DNA from: an uncultured Alphaproteobacteria bacterium
Lineage (GTDB): Bacteria > Pseudomonadota > Alphaproteobacteria > ATCC43930 > CGMCC-115725
Direction of reading: 5' to 3'
Length of the DNA stretch: 64,000 bases
NCBI GenBank assembly: GCA_963775525.1
Contig: CAVZJF010000040.1
Location: forward strand, 4,697-68,696
In this document: positions 1-10,178 of the stretch, piece by piece
Layout of the letters: every line of letters starts with the position of its first letter
Position numbering within the stretch: position 1 is the first letter of the stretch
Translations under genes and position numbers: made by a program
The notes under the pieces: model-generated
Databases searched by the model: none
Told to the model about the DNA's origin: nothing
The model's input: only the letters and a program-made list of their open reading frames with translations

Positions 1-59
1 TGCGCCGGGCCGGCCGAAGGGGCTAAGACCCGACGGGCATTCAGCGAGGGAGAACCGGC

Positions 60-1763
60 GTGGCGCGCGGAGAAGACCAACACAGAAATCCGAAATCCAA
101 CATCGAGATCGCCCAGGAAGCCGAAATGCGGCCAATCGGCGAGATCGCCGGCGAAACGCTCGGCATCCCGGATGCGGCGATCGAGCCTTACGGCAAATAC
201 AAGGCCAAGATCGCGCTCGACTATGTCCGCTCGCTGCCGCCCCGGCCGAACGCCAAGCTGATCCTCGTCACCGCGATCACCCCGACCCCGGCCGGCGAAG
301 GCAAGACGACGACGACGGTCGGGCTCGGCGACGCGCTGAATTTGATCGGCAAGAAGACCATGCTGTGCCTGCGTGAGGCGAGCATGGGCCCGTGCTTTGG
401 CGTCAAAGGCGGGGCCGCCGGCGGCGGCTATGCCCAGGTGGTGCCGATGGAGGACATCAACCTCCACTTCACCGGCGACATTCACGCCATCGGCGCCGCC
501 AACAATCTGCTCGCGGCGATGGTCGACAACCACGTCTATTACGGCCTCGAGCCGCGGATCGACCCGCGTCGGGTCACCTGGCGCCGCGCCATGGACATGA
601 ACGACCGCGCGCTGCGCACGACGATTTCCTCGCTTGGCGGCATCGCCAACGGGTTCCCACGCGAAGACGGGTTCGACATCACCGCCGCCTCGCAGGTTAT
701 GGCGACCTTCTGCCTGGCGACGAGCCTGCAGGATCTGCAGCGGCGGCTCGGCAACATCCACGTCGGCCAGACCCGCGAGCGCAAGCCGGTGACCGCCGCC
801 GACGTCAAGGCGGCGGGATCGATGACCGCGCTGTTGAAGGACGCGCTCGCGCCCAATTTGGTGCAGACGATCGAGCACAACCCGGTCTTCATCCATGGCG
901 GCCCGTTCGCCAACATCGCCCATGGCTGCAACTCGGTGATCGCGACCACGTCGGCGCTCAAGCTCGCCGATTACGTCGTCACCGAAGCCGGCTTTGGCGC
1001 CGACCTCGGGGCCGAGAAGTTCATCGACATCAAATGCCGCAAAGCGGGGCTGAGCCCGGCCGCCGCCGTCGTGGTGACGACGGTGCGGGCATTGAAGATG
1101 CATGGCGGGGTGGCGCTCAACGCGCTGCGCGAGGAAAACGTCGAAGCGCTCGAAAAGGGCTTTGCCAACCTGCACCGGCACCTCGCCAACATCCGCCAGT
1201 TCGGTCTGCCGGCGGTGGTGTCGGTCAACCGTTTCAGCGCCGACACGCCCCGCGAGCATGCCCGGTTGAAGGAGCTGTGCGCGGCCGAGGGTGTGAAGGC
1301 GGTGATCGCCGACCATTGGGCGCAGGGCGGCGAGGGCGCGGTCGAGCTCGCCCATGAGGTCGTCGACCTCGCCGAGAGTGGGGCCGCAAAGCTTAACTTT
1401 CTTTATCCCGACGAGATGCCGCTCCTTGAAAAAATCCGCACCATCGCCCAGCGCATCTACGGCGCCGCCGACGTCGAGGCCGCCAAGGCGGTGCAGGACC
1501 AGTTGGCTGCGCTGCAGGATCAGGGGTTTGGCAATTTCCCGGTCTGCATCGCCAAGACCCAGCTCAGCTTTACCACCGATCCCAACGCCAAGGGCGCGCC
1601 CAGCGGACATACGGTGGCGATCCGCGAGGTGCGGCTGTCGGCCGGAGCCGAGTTCGTGGTCGCGATCTGCGGCGAGATCATGACGATGCCCGGCCTTCCC
1701 CGGGTGCCGTCGGCGAACAATATCGAGGTCGATTCCGAAGGCCGCATCACCGGTCTGTTCTGA
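60..1763 (+). CDS. fhs: Formate--tetrahydrofolate ligase (10-formyl-THF synthetase)
   Basis: Intact 567-aa ORF with GTG start. It has the [16 protein letters not shown] nucleotide-binding loop and resembles the FTHFS family end to end. Confidence 0.95.
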   Translation: MARGEDQHRNPKSNIEIAQEAEMRPIGEIAGETLGIPDAAIEPYGKYKAKIALDYVRSLPPRPNAKLILVTAITPTPAGEGKTTTTVGLGDALNLIGKKTMLCLREASMGPCFGVKGGAAGGGYAQVVPMEDINLHFTGDIHAIGAANNLLAAMVDNHVYYGLEPRIDPRRVTWRRAMDMNDRALRTTISSLGGIANGFPREDGFDITAASQVMATFCLATSLQDLQRRLGNIHVGQTRERKPVTAADVKAAGSMTALLKDALAPNLVQTIEHNPVFIHGGPFANIAHGCNSVIATTSALKLADYVVTEAGFGADLGAEKFIDIKCRKAGLSPAAAVVVTTVRALKMHGGVALNALREENVEALEKGFANLHRHLANIRQFGLPAVVSVNRFSADTPREHARLKELCAAEGVKAVIADHWAQGGEGAVELAHEVVDLAESGAAKLNFLYPDEMPLLEKIRTIAQRIYGAADVEAAKAVQDQLAALQDQGFGNFPVCIAKTQLSFTTDPNAKGAPSGHTVAIREVRLSAGAEFVVAICGEIMTMPGLPRVPSANNIEVDSEGRITGLF

Positions 1764-1783
1764 TCTGTCGTAAGGGCGGCGCC

Positions 1784-2212
1784 ATGAAGCTCGACGAAGC
1801 GACCGGGATGGCCTACCCACGTAAGCTGGTCGAACAGATCGTTCTTGGGCTGTCAAACCCTCTCAACCGCCATCTCACGAAACTGGTTGGCTTCGACTTC
1901 ACGCCCGAAATGCGAAAGCATTTCCGGCGTGAAGTGAGGACCTGGCTGAACGAGCTTCAGGCATTGCGGCTGAAGCCGAACAGCCGGCCCGGCTCGTACA
2001 AACTATACTATGATCTATTGTTCGACTATCCCTTTGGAGGGGTGGAAATACAAAATATGCGAGTAATGATGGACTTGATCACCGACGAGTATGAAAACGC
2101 GCGGCCGGTTAAACGGCCTGAGGACATGGTCGAGTGGCTGAAGCAATTTCATGCCAGGTTGGCTGAACGCCTCCACAACGGAGAAGCGGTACTCGACCTG
2201 ATCCCGGAATAG
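1784..2212 (+). CDS. Hypothetical protein, 142 aa, no family recognised
   Basis: Clean ATG ORF 20 nt after the fhs stop. Composition is protein-like, helical and charged. G+C is visibly lower than in both flanking one-carbon genes. Confidence 0.5.
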   Translation: MKLDEATGMAYPRKLVEQIVLGLSNPLNRHLTKLVGFDFTPEMRKHFRREVRTWLNELQALRLKPNSRPGSYKLYYDLLFDYPFGGVEIQNMRVMMDLITDEYENARPVKRPEDMVEWLKQFHARLAERLHNGEAVLDLIPE

Positions 2213-2387
2213 GGACTGGCTGCCCGCCCCGCGGTCGCTACCGGCGACGAGCGGTGGGTAGTAGATTCCCGGAACGGATGTGACGCCAAACCGAAGGAAG
2301 TAGGCAATGTTACGGATGCGCCTCATAGATGAGGAGTGGCAAGGGCAAGGACGCGCGGCGCCGTCACGATACTGTCTGCGCGGCTAG

Positions 2388-2969
2388 GTGGGCGGAATGG
2401 ATCCGGGCGCGGTGAAGATCTGGCGGCGGGCGGAGCGCCAGCGCCTGCTGGGGCTGCGCACCGGGACGCCGGCGGCGGTGCGGCGGGCCTGGGGCGGCGC
2501 GATCGAGGCGCAGCTCTACGCCGAGCTTGCGGAACGGCCGGGCGTCACGCTCGGCGTCTATTGGCCGTTCCGGGCCGAGTTCGACCCCCGCCCGCTGGTC
2601 CACCGGCTGATCGCGGAAGGCTTCGGCGCGGCCCTGCCGGTGGTGGTCGACAAAAAGGGGCCGCTCGAATATCGCGACTGGCGGCCCGGCGACCCGCTTG
2701 TCGACGGGGTGTGGGGCATCCCCATTCCGGAACGGCGTGAGGTCGTGGTGCCGCAGGCGGTGCTGGCGCCGCTGGTGGGCTTCGACCCGCAAGGCTACCG
2801 CCTGGGCTATGGCGGCGGCTATTTCGACCGCACCCTGGCGGCTCTCGCGCCGCGCCCATGGGCGATCGGCGTCGGCTTTGAATTGTCACGGCTTGAAACG
2901 ATCTACCCCCAGGATTTCGACATCCCGATGAACTTGATCGTCACCGAGGCCGGGCGGCACCGGCGGTAA
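2388..2969 (+). CDS. 5-formyltetrahydrofolate cyclo-ligase (MTHFS)
   Basis: 193-aa ORF with YWPFRAEFD and C-terminal GYRLGYGGGYFDRTL motifs typical of the family. An alternative ATG lies at 2397. Confidence 0.85.
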   Translation: MGGMDPGAVKIWRRAERQRLLGLRTGTPAAVRRAWGGAIEAQLYAELAERPGVTLGVYWPFRAEFDPRPLVHRLIAEGFGAALPVVVDKKGPLEYRDWRPGDPLVDGVWGIPIPERREVVVPQAVLAPLVGFDPQGYRLGYGGGYFDRTLAALAPRPWAIGVGFELSRLETIYPQDFDIPMNLIVTEAGRHRR

Positions 2970-3006
2970 CGCCGGCAGTCAGGCCAAGTTCCGGCGCTAT
3001 CCGGAT

Positions 3007-3045
3007 GAGACATAATTTTGTCTCATGACGACCCAATTTTGTCTC
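3007..3045. promoter_or_regulatory. Candidate operator: inverted repeat GAGACA-N6-TGTCTC plus a second AATTTTGTCTC copy 21 bp downstream
   Basis: Read directly. The arms are at 3007-3012 and 3019-3024. The 11-nt direct repeat is at 3014-3024 and 3035-3045, in an AT-rich gap 50-90 nt upstream of the DUF1111 ORF. Confidence 0.3.
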
Positions 3046-3091
3046 GGTCGCATAGATCAGAAGACGATTAGGATCCCGGTTCCTTTCGGTT

Positions 3092-4534
3092 TTGGGGAAC
3101 CGAGCCATGATTGGCCGTTTTACAACTCGGCGGATTGCCGGGATCGGGACGCTTGTGCTCTGTGCGACGGTCTGTTCCGGCTCCGGCGCGTTTGCCGGAG
3201 GCTCGTCCGGCGGTGGCGGCGGTCCCCCACCGAGCGGGCCGACGGACCCGGGCGTGCGCGGCGGGCCGGCGGGTGCGGGCGGGCCGTTGCCCGGTCTCGG
3301 GACGGCCGAGCTCAATCTGTTCAACGCGGCTCTGGCCCGGTTTCGGGCGGTCAACTTGGTGTCGGGCACGATCAGCGACGCGCCGTCCGGCACGATCAAC
3401 GGAAGCGGCCTCGGCCCGCGCTTTAATCTGAACAGCTGTGTCGGCTGCCACTCTCAGCCCGCGGCTGGAGGGACCAGTCCCGCTAAGAACCCGGAAATCG
3501 CGGTCGCGACATTGGACGGGGCCGCAAACACGATCCCTTCGTTCATCTCCCTGCACGGTCCAGTGCGCGAGGCCCGCTTTATCACCAACCCCGACGGCAC
3601 GCCCGACGGCGGCGTGCACGACCTGTTTGTCATCTCCGGACGGACCGACGCGGCCGGTTGCAACATCGCCCAGCCGAATTTCACTCAGGCAGTTTCCCAA
3701 AACAACATCATCTATCGCATACCGACGTCGGTCTTTGGCGCCGGACAGGTCGAAAACACACCCGACGTCAATCTCGAAAATGACGCGGCGGCGGTTTCCA
3801 GCCAGCGTCAGGCCAATGGCGTCGCCGGCGCCTTCAACCACAGCGGCAATGACGGCACCATCACCCGGTTTGGCTGGAAGGCGCAAAACAAGTCGATGCT
3901 GATGTTCTCCGGCGAGGCTTACAACGTCGAGCTGGGTGTGACCAACGAGCTGTTCCCTAATGAGCGCGACGACACGCCGAGCTGCCAGTTCAATGGGCTG
4001 CCCGAGGATGCGACCAATCTCGCCGACACAGGGCTCAGCAACAGCCCAGCCTCGGATCTGTCTTCCGACATCGTGAATTTCGCCGCGTTCATGCGCCTTT
4101 CGGCAGGCCCAAAGCCGGCGGCAGCCGCCGCCACGACTGCTGGCGCGTCGACAGCCCGTGGATTGCAGGCTTTTACCAATGTCGGCTGCAATCTCTGCCA
4201 TATTGCGAAGCACACGACGGCCCAGTCGATCTTTACCGCCCAGAGCAACGTCGCGTTCGCCCCGTTCAGCGACTTCGAGCTGCACGACATGGGGGCGGGC
4301 TTGCAGGACAACATCGTGCAGGGCCAAGCCGATGGCGCCCAGTTCCGCACCGCGCCGCTGTGGGGGGTCGGGCAGCGGATCTTCTTTTTGCACGACGGAC
4401 GCACGCAGAATTTGCTGCAGGCGATCGAGGCGCATTCCAGCAGCGGGTCCGAGGCCAATGCCGTCATCGCCAACTTCAATGCGTTGCCGGCCGCGTCGCA
4501 ACAGGACATTCTGAATTTCTTGCGCGCGCTCTGA
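3092..4534 (+). CDS. Di-haem oxidoreductase family protein (DUF1111, cytochrome c peroxidase-like), secreted
   Basis: 480-aa ORF with an N-terminal signal-like segment. It has two CxxCH haem motifs (SCVGCHS, GCNLCHI), GLGPRFN before the first, and an RFGWKAQ motif. The likely ATG is at 3107. Confidence 0.8.
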   Translation: MGNRAMIGRFTTRRIAGIGTLVLCATVCSGSGAFAGGSSGGGGGPPPSGPTDPGVRGGPAGAGGPLPGLGTAELNLFNAALARFRAVNLVSGTISDAPSGTINGSGLGPRFNLNSCVGCHSQPAAGGTSPAKNPEIAVATLDGAANTIPSFISLHGPVREARFITNPDGTPDGGVHDLFVISGRTDAAGCNIAQPNFTQAVSQNNIIYRIPTSVFGAGQVENTPDVNLENDAAAVSSQRQANGVAGAFNHSGNDGTITRFGWKAQNKSMLMFSGEAYNVELGVTNELFPNERDDTPSCQFNGLPEDATNLADTGLSNSPASDLSSDIVNFAAFMRLSAGPKPAAAAATTAGASTARGLQAFTNVGCNLCHIAKHTTAQSIFTAQSNVAFAPFSDFELHDMGAGLQDNIVQGQADGAQFRTAPLWGVGQRIFFLHDGRTQNLLQAIEAHSSSGSEANAVIANFNALPAASQQDILNFLRAL

Positions 4535-4577
4535 GCCCAGGCCAAATATCCAAGCCCCCGTCGCTGGGTGGGTGATA

Positions 4578-5441
4578 TCAGTCGGGTCCTCCAGGCGGTT
4601 TGAACTCGAAGGTCAAGCCGGTTTCGACCTCGCTCGGTCGCCCCGCAACGCGGTACGGTTCGAAACGCCACCGCCCCAGAGCCTCCTCGATGCTCCGCCG
4701 CTGGCCTGCGACCGCACGGATGACGTGGATATGCGCCACGCCGCCATCGGCTCCAATGACGAGCCGCACCGGAATGGCGGCGAATTGCGGTGCGGCGGGA
4801 ACCGGCTCGACCTTGCGCCGGATGGTTTCTGCCGTCGCATATCCTTTAATACATTCGGGAACAGACCGGCCGTGATCGAGGGAGAGCCGGTCGAGGCTTG
4901 CCGCGAGCTGCCGCAGGGACTCGCGCTCGACGCCGGCAAAGGTGAAGACGACGACATGACAGCGAATGTCGGTGGCGAGGACGACGCGTGACAACGGGCT
5001 GCCTGGTAAGTCGACCCTGGCAAACGAACGCCCGGCAATCGTCACCGCACCGGTGACGGCGGCCGGGTTCGCGCCGGCGGCGGAAATGCTTCGCACCAGG
5101 TTGCGCGTCATCTCGCCGGCGTCGGCGATCGGCGGCGCTGCGAAAAACCTGTCTTGCGCGGCGATCAGGACCGTCGCCCTCACATCCGGCGGCGGCACGG
5201 GCGTGCTCAGCACGTAATAGCCGGCGGCGGACGGGCGGGGCGGTTGCGGCCCCGCCGTCCAGCCCGGCGGCAACGGATAGCGCAACCCGAAATACGGGTT
5301 GACATAGGCGTCGCCGGTTACGGCCCCCTGTTCCGGGTCCGCATTGGCCCGATCTGCCGCCCGCGCAGGCTGCACGGCAACCCCGCAGGCGAGCACGATC
5401 GACATCAGCGACTGCCGCAGAGCCCGATCGCAACATCCCAT
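4578..5441 (-). CDS. Secreted protein with TonB C-terminal-like domain
   Basis: 287-aa ORF with a signal peptide ending AVQPARA. The last ~80 aa (PVRLVIGADGGVAHIHVIRA...RWRFEPYRVAGRPSEVETGLTFEF) look like a TonB_C fold. The middle region was not recognised. Confidence 0.5.
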   Translation of the reverse strand: MGCCDRALRQSLMSIVLACGVAVQPARAADRANADPEQGAVTGDAYVNPYFGLRYPLPPGWTAGPQPPRPSAAGYYVLSTPVPPPDVRATVLIAAQDRFFAAPPIADAGEMTRNLVRSISAAGANPAAVTGAVTIAGRSFARVDLPGSPLSRVVLATDIRCHVVVFTFAGVERESLRQLAASLDRLSLDHGRSVPECIKGYATAETIRRKVEPVPAAPQFAAIPVRLVIGADGGVAHIHVIRAVAGQRRSIEEALGRWRFEPYRVAGRPSEVETGLTFEFKPPGGPD

Positions 5442-5585
5442 CCTTCCTCCTCCGCAATCGACGCGAGGAGGTCAGGATATCCTCTGCGGCAACAGAGCGG
5501 CGTCTGCGCGACCCTCGGTCCCAATAAAGCCCCAGCCTGCTAGTGGGTCAGTTCTGACGCTCAGCACCCACCCGCTTACCTCTTC

Positions 5586-5665
5586 GTCATTCCCGCGAAA
5601 GCGGGAACCCAGGGCGGCGAGCGCCGAGCGCTTGCCCTGGACCCCCGCCTGCGCTGGGGCGACGG
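5586..5665. repeat. REP-type intergenic palindromic element, family A (GTCATTCCCGCGAAAGCGGGAACCCAGGGC core)
   Basis: Hairpin TTCCCGC-GAAA-GCGGGAA followed by CCAGGGC...GCCCTGG. Near-identical cores recur at 45472-45502 (inverted) and 62099-62140. Confidence 0.75.
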
Positions 5666-5723
5666 TCAGCAGGAATGGGAGTCATTTGTCAGGTTAGCAC
5701 CACCAGCAAGGCTGTGGCTCGGA

Positions 5724-7043
5724 TCAGGCGACCGACAATTCCGCCTGGAGCACCTTCCCGCGGGTCTCCGGACCGAACATCACCGCGATGGCGGCGCTGG
5801 TGCAGCCAAACACGGTGCCGATCAGCATCGGGATCGCAAACCCCAACTGCCAGTTGATGGCGAAGTAGGTGATGACCGGCGCAACCAGGCCGCCGAAGAT
5901 CGCGCCCTGGTGGTAGACAAAGCCGCTCGCCGTCGCGCGTACCTCGGTCGGAAATCGTTCGCTGAGATAGGCCGGGTAGAGGACGTGCATGCCGCCGCCG
6001 CCAAACGCGCCCTGGATCGTGAAAAACACCACGATCATCGCGTAATTGTGGGTCATCAGATAGAGCGGCGCGATCGGGATGGTCAGCAGGGCGGGGATGA
6101 TGATTGCCGAGCGACGGCCGATGCGGTCCGCCAGCCAGCCCCACAGCGAACCCGACAAAAAGAACACCACGCTCTGCAGCATGACCGGCAATGCGACCAA
6201 CCCCGGGCTCAGATGCAAGTCCTTCTGGAGGTAGGTCGGGAACAGCCCGCCGATCGAGTAGCCGACGATAAAGGCGCTGGCCATCCACCAGCACGCGGTC
6301 AGCGTGTTGTACAGCATGCCGCGCTTGAACACCTTGAGCAACGGCATGCGGACCTCGCGGTGCTGGAGGCGCTGCAATCGCCGGTTTTCGACCCAGACCG
6401 GCGGCTCTTTGACAAACTTGCGCACATAGACGATCGACAACGCCGGCAGGACGCCGATCATCAACAGCCCGCGCCAGCCGATCGACGTATACAACAAGCC
6501 ATAGGCCGCGCTCGACAGCAGAGCGCCAATACCCCACGAGGCCTGCAATACACCGGCCATAAAACCACGCGAGCGGATCGGCCAGGATTCCATCGCCAAT
6601 GCCGCGCCGCACGGCCATTCCGCGCCCATGCCGATGCCGAGCAGCGCCCGGAACAGAAACAGAAACCAGAACGCCGGCGAAAACGCAGCGATGAAATTGC
6701 AGACCGAGTACCACCCGATCGAGATCATCAGCGGCTTTTTGCGGCCGATCCGGTCGGCAAGCCAGCCCGAGGCGGTAGCTCCGACCAAACGCATCCACAA
6801 CGTCAAGGTGAAGACGGCGGTGACGGCGGTCAGCGGGACATGGAATTCCTGCGCGATGGGCAGCATGATCAGCAGGAAAATCGTAAAATCGAATGCGTCC
6901 AGCGTCCAGCCGAGCCAGGCGGCCGACCAGGCCAGCCATTGCTCCTTGGTCGGCTCCTTCCACCACGGGACAGGCTTAACGGCGTCGACGGCGATGGTCA
7001 TAAACACCTCCCCTCGGATGGGCCCTTGAACGGGACCTTGCAT
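5724..7043 (-). CDS. MFS transporter (sialate/anion:H+ symporter-like subgroup)
   Basis: Intact 439-aa ORF with about 12 hydrophobic spans and an N-terminal WWKEPTKEQW...LDAFDFTIF motif. It is a paralogue of the next gene. Confidence 0.85.
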   Translation of the reverse strand: MQGPVQGPIRGEVFMTIAVDAVKPVPWWKEPTKEQWLAWSAAWLGWTLDAFDFTIFLLIMLPIAQEFHVPLTAVTAVFTLTLWMRLVGATASGWLADRIGRKKPLMISIGWYSVCNFIAAFSPAFWFLFLFRALLGIGMGAEWPCGAALAMESWPIRSRGFMAGVLQASWGIGALLSSAAYGLLYTSIGWRGLLMIGVLPALSIVYVRKFVKEPPVWVENRRLQRLQHREVRMPLLKVFKRGMLYNTLTACWWMASAFIVGYSIGGLFPTYLQKDLHLSPGLVALPVMLQSVVFFLSGSLWGWLADRIGRRSAIIIPALLTIPIAPLYLMTHNYAMIVVFFTIQGAFGGGGMHVLYPAYLSERFPTEVRATASGFVYHQGAIFGGLVAPVITYFAINWQLGFAIPMLIGTVFGCTSAAIAVMFGPETRGKVLQAELSVA

Positions 7044-7164
7044 TTTCGATTACCGCCGCCCTCGGGCGGGTCTTTCTGAAGATTTGAAAAATCGGCGGCG
7101 CGAAGCAAAAGGGCCTCGTCCGGTGATGCCGGAAGAGGCCCTGCTGTTGGTTTACGAACCGCCT

Positions 7165-8439
7165 TTAGGCCACGACCAGCTCAGGCGACATTTCGGTGCC
7201 TCTGGTCTCCGGGCCGAACGTGACGGACAGAATGAAGTTGGCCAGGCCGAACAGCGTCCCGATCGCCATCGGGATCGCGAAGCCGAGATTCCAGGTAATC
7301 GCGAAGTAGGTCAGGATCGGCGGCACCATCGCCCCTGGGATGGCGCCGACATGGTAGCAAAAGCCGGTCGCGGTCCCTCGGATCTCGGTCGGGAACCGCT
7401 CCGTCAGATAGCTCGGGACCTGGCCGTACATTCCACCCCCGGCGAACAGCCCCTGCGCGACGAAGGCGATCACCACCCAGGTAAAATTGCCGGAAAACAG
7501 ATAGATCGGCACCAGAGGGATCGCGCACAGCGCCGGGATGATCATCGCGGGGCGCCGGCCGATGCGGTCCGACACCCAGCCCCAGCCCGAGCTGGCGAGA
7601 AATACCAGGATGTTGGCGAAGGCGATCGGCGTCGCGATCAGCGCCGGGCTCAAGCCCAGATCCTTTTGCAGATGGGTCGCAAACAGGGCGTTGATCGAAT
7701 AGTAGGTGACAAAACCCGCCGCCTGGAACCAGCACGTGGTCAATGTGTTGCCAAGCATGCCGCGCTTGAAGATCTTGAGCAGCGGCACCCTTACTTCGCG
7801 CTTCTGGGTGCGCTGGAGCCGGCGGTTCTCGAGCCAGACTTCGGGCTCTTTGACAAAATAGCGAATGTAGACCAGCGCCAGCGCCGGGGCGATACCGACC
7901 CACAGCATGCCGCGCCAACCGATATACTGGTAAAAGATGCCGTAGACTAGGCTCGACAGCAGAAAACCAAGACCCCACGATCCTTGCAGCACGCCGCTCA
8001 TGAAACCGCGCGAGCGCATCGGCCAGGTCTCCATCGCCAACGAGGCCCCGGCCGGCCACTCCGCTCCCATGAACAAGCCGAGAAGGGCGCGGAACAGCAA
8101 CAGGAACAAGAAGGTCGGCGAGAACCCGGCGATGAAATTGCATAACGAATAGCCGAAGATCGAAATCATCAACGGCAATTTGCGGCCGGCGCGGTCGGCG
8201 AGCCAACCTGAGGCGGTGGCGCCGACGAGGCGCATCCACAGGGTGAGGGTGAAGACGATCGTGACGGCGGTCAGCGGGACGCCGAACTCCTTGGCTATCG
8301 GCACCATGATCAGCAGGAAGATCGTGAAATCGAAGGCGTCGAGGGTCCAGCCCATCCACGCCGCCCCAAAGGCGTACCACTGGTCCTTGGTCGGCTCCCG
8401 CCACCACGCAACGTCCCTTACGATCTCCGCCGCCGCCAT
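7165..8439 (-). CDS. MFS transporter, tandem paralogue of 5724-7043
   Basis: Intact 424-aa ORF, colinear with the neighbouring MFS along its whole length (WWREPTKDQW...LDAFDFTIFLLIM...). Confidence 0.85.
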   Translation of the reverse strand: MAAAEIVRDVAWWREPTKDQWYAFGAAWMGWTLDAFDFTIFLLIMVPIAKEFGVPLTAVTIVFTLTLWMRLVGATASGWLADRAGRKLPLMISIFGYSLCNFIAGFSPTFLFLLLFRALLGLFMGAEWPAGASLAMETWPMRSRGFMSGVLQGSWGLGFLLSSLVYGIFYQYIGWRGMLWVGIAPALALVYIRYFVKEPEVWLENRRLQRTQKREVRVPLLKIFKRGMLGNTLTTCWFQAAGFVTYYSINALFATHLQKDLGLSPALIATPIAFANILVFLASSGWGWVSDRIGRRPAMIIPALCAIPLVPIYLFSGNFTWVVIAFVAQGLFAGGGMYGQVPSYLTERFPTEIRGTATGFCYHVGAIPGAMVPPILTYFAITWNLGFAIPMAIGTLFGLANFILSVTFGPETRGTEMSPELVVA

Positions 8440-8912
8440 AACGCCGTCTCCTGTTCGACATGGCTCCTTGGTGGAGCCTTGCAGGAACTGTAGAGCAGCA
8501 ATGCGAGAATGTCGCTAGATTTTTTCGGTCGGTGTTGCCCGCGGTTTAGGCAGAATCCGACGCGGCGACAGCCCCCGCCGGCGCCGGGATCGCCCTCGGT
8601 CGCCCGGTTTGAGGGTCGCGAGCAGCACGCCCCCGGACGAGCTTTCGGTCATGGTCGCAGCGTGAAAGACCCGGGCCGCGTCGCGCGAGCCCTATAATTG
8701 CCGGAACTGTCGCCCGCTTCGACCGACGGGGCGCGGAGGAATGACCGGAACGAGGAAAACGCATCGCTCGCTCGCACGCTGATTGCATATCAGCCGGAAC
8801 CTTCAGACCGGGCTGGAGCCGCGCAAAGCCGATGCCGACGATCCTTGCTTCCGTTAGAAAACGTGTGTCCGGCCGAAGCTCACGGGCCGAACCCATCGGA
8901 GCGAAGGGGGAC

Positions 8913-10178
8913 ATGGCCGAACCGCCAGTCGGGACGATCGGGGACGCCGGCCCCCAGCAAGGCGACGAGCAATGGCAGCGCACCTTGTGGGCGATGGTCG
9001 CCATCCAGTTCGTCATGACCATGTCGTTCTCGATGCTGACCCCGATCATGCCGCTGTTTTTGCCGGCGCTGGGGGTCCAGTCGCCGGCCGCGATCGCTCT
9101 GTGGGCCGGCATCCTCGCCGGGGTTACCTCCTTTGTCGCGGCCTTTGCCTCGCCGTTATGGGGCCGCCTCGCCGATCGTCACGGGCGCAAGTTGATGCTG
9201 CTGCGGTCGAGCGTGGCCGTCGGGCTGTTCGCGGGGCTGATGGGTGCCGCCGGCAATGTCTGGCAGGTTTTCGCGTTTCGCGCGCTGATGGGTGTCTTCG
9301 CCGGGTTTTCGAGCACCGCGATCGCTCTGGTCGCGGGTCAGGCGCCCGAGGACCGGCTCGGCTTCGCGCTCGGCTGGCTCAGCACCGGCCAACTCGTCGG
9401 CTCCCTGGTTGGCCCGTTGCTCGGCGGCGCGCTCGCCGACGCCACCGGCAGCTACCGCATCCCGTTCTATTGCACGTCGGCGATCATCCTGATGTCGACG
9501 GGCTTTGTGTGGTTCGGCGTGCGCGAGCGCTTTGTCGCCGCCCCGCAAGGACGTGGCCGCCGCGCCATGCTCAGCGGCCTGATCGCGGTGGCCCGCTCGC
9601 CGGGGCTGCTGGCGCTGTTCTTCGTGCTGCTGATGGCGCAGTTCGGAGTGCGCACGGTGCAGCCGGTGGTGACTTTGTTCGTCAAGGAGATGCTCGGTCC
9701 GCGACCCGATATCGCCACCCTGAGCGGCATCGCCTTTTCGATCACCGGGCTGGCGAACGTCGTGGCGGCGCCGTTTCTCGGCAACAAGAGCGACGTGATC
9801 GGCTACCGCCGGGTGTTGCTGATCGCGCTGCTGGGGGCGACGGTGACCACCCTGCCGCAGGCGTTCACCGAAAACTATTTTGTCTTTACCGCCCTGCGCT
9901 TTGCCGTCGGGCTGTTTATCGGCGGCATTTTGCCGACCGCGAACGCCCTCGTCGGACGCCTCGTCCCGCGGGCGCAGCGCGGCACGGTCTACGGCATCAC
10001 CGCGTCGGCGATGTTTCTCGGCAATTCGCTGGGTCCCCTGAGCGGCGGCGCGGTGGCGGCAGCGTTCGGGTTGCGGTGGGTGTTTCTGATCACCGGCGCG
10101 GTGCTGCTGGCGAACCTGATCTGGGTTTATTACCGGGTCCCGGAATACGTCGACGACAAAGAGCAGCAGGCGGCATGA
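8913..10178 (+). CDS. MFS efflux-type transporter (DHA1-like)
   Basis: The ORF-track frame is 8832-10178. The ATG at 8913 follows GAAGGGGGA. The protein is multi-span and hydrophobic with a GRLADRHGRK loop motif. Confidence 0.8.
   Translation: MAEPPVGTIGDAGPQQGDEQWQRTLWAMVAIQFVMTMSFSMLTPIMPLFLPALGVQSPAAIALWAGILAGVTSFVAAFASPLWGRLADRHGRKLMLLRSSVAVGLFAGLMGAAGNVWQVFAFRALMGVFAGFSSTAIALVAGQAPEDRLGFALGWLSTGQLVGSLVGPLLGGALADATGSYRIPFYCTSAIILMSTGFVWFGVRERFVAAPQGRGRRAMLSGLIAVARSPGLLALFFVLLMAQFGVRTVQPVVTLFVKEMLGPRPDIATLSGIAFSITGLANVVAAPFLGNKSDVIGYRRVLLIALLGATVTTLPQAFTENYFVFTALRFAVGLFIGGILPTANALVGRLVPRAQRGTVYGITASAMFLGNSLGPLSGGAVAAAFGLRWVFLITGAVLLANLIWVYYRVPEYVDDKEQQAA

Noticed and set aside
3068-4501. 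Long antisense or off-frame ORFs overlapping recognised genes. Examples: 3068-4501 (-), 11531-13684 (-), 16301-17974 (-), 43237-44685 (-), 54167-56404 (-), 50236-52167 (-), 59083-60663 (-).
   Set aside because: Their translations are Arg/Pro/Gly/Ala-rich low-complexity sequence, typical of non-coding frames in ~68% G+C DNA. Each overlaps a frame with clear family-level similarity.
8770-8795. Short palindrome GCTGAT-TGCAT-ATCAGC in the divergent MFS control region as an operator.
   Set aside because: The arms are only 6 nt and there is a single occurrence, which is too weak to report as a feature.
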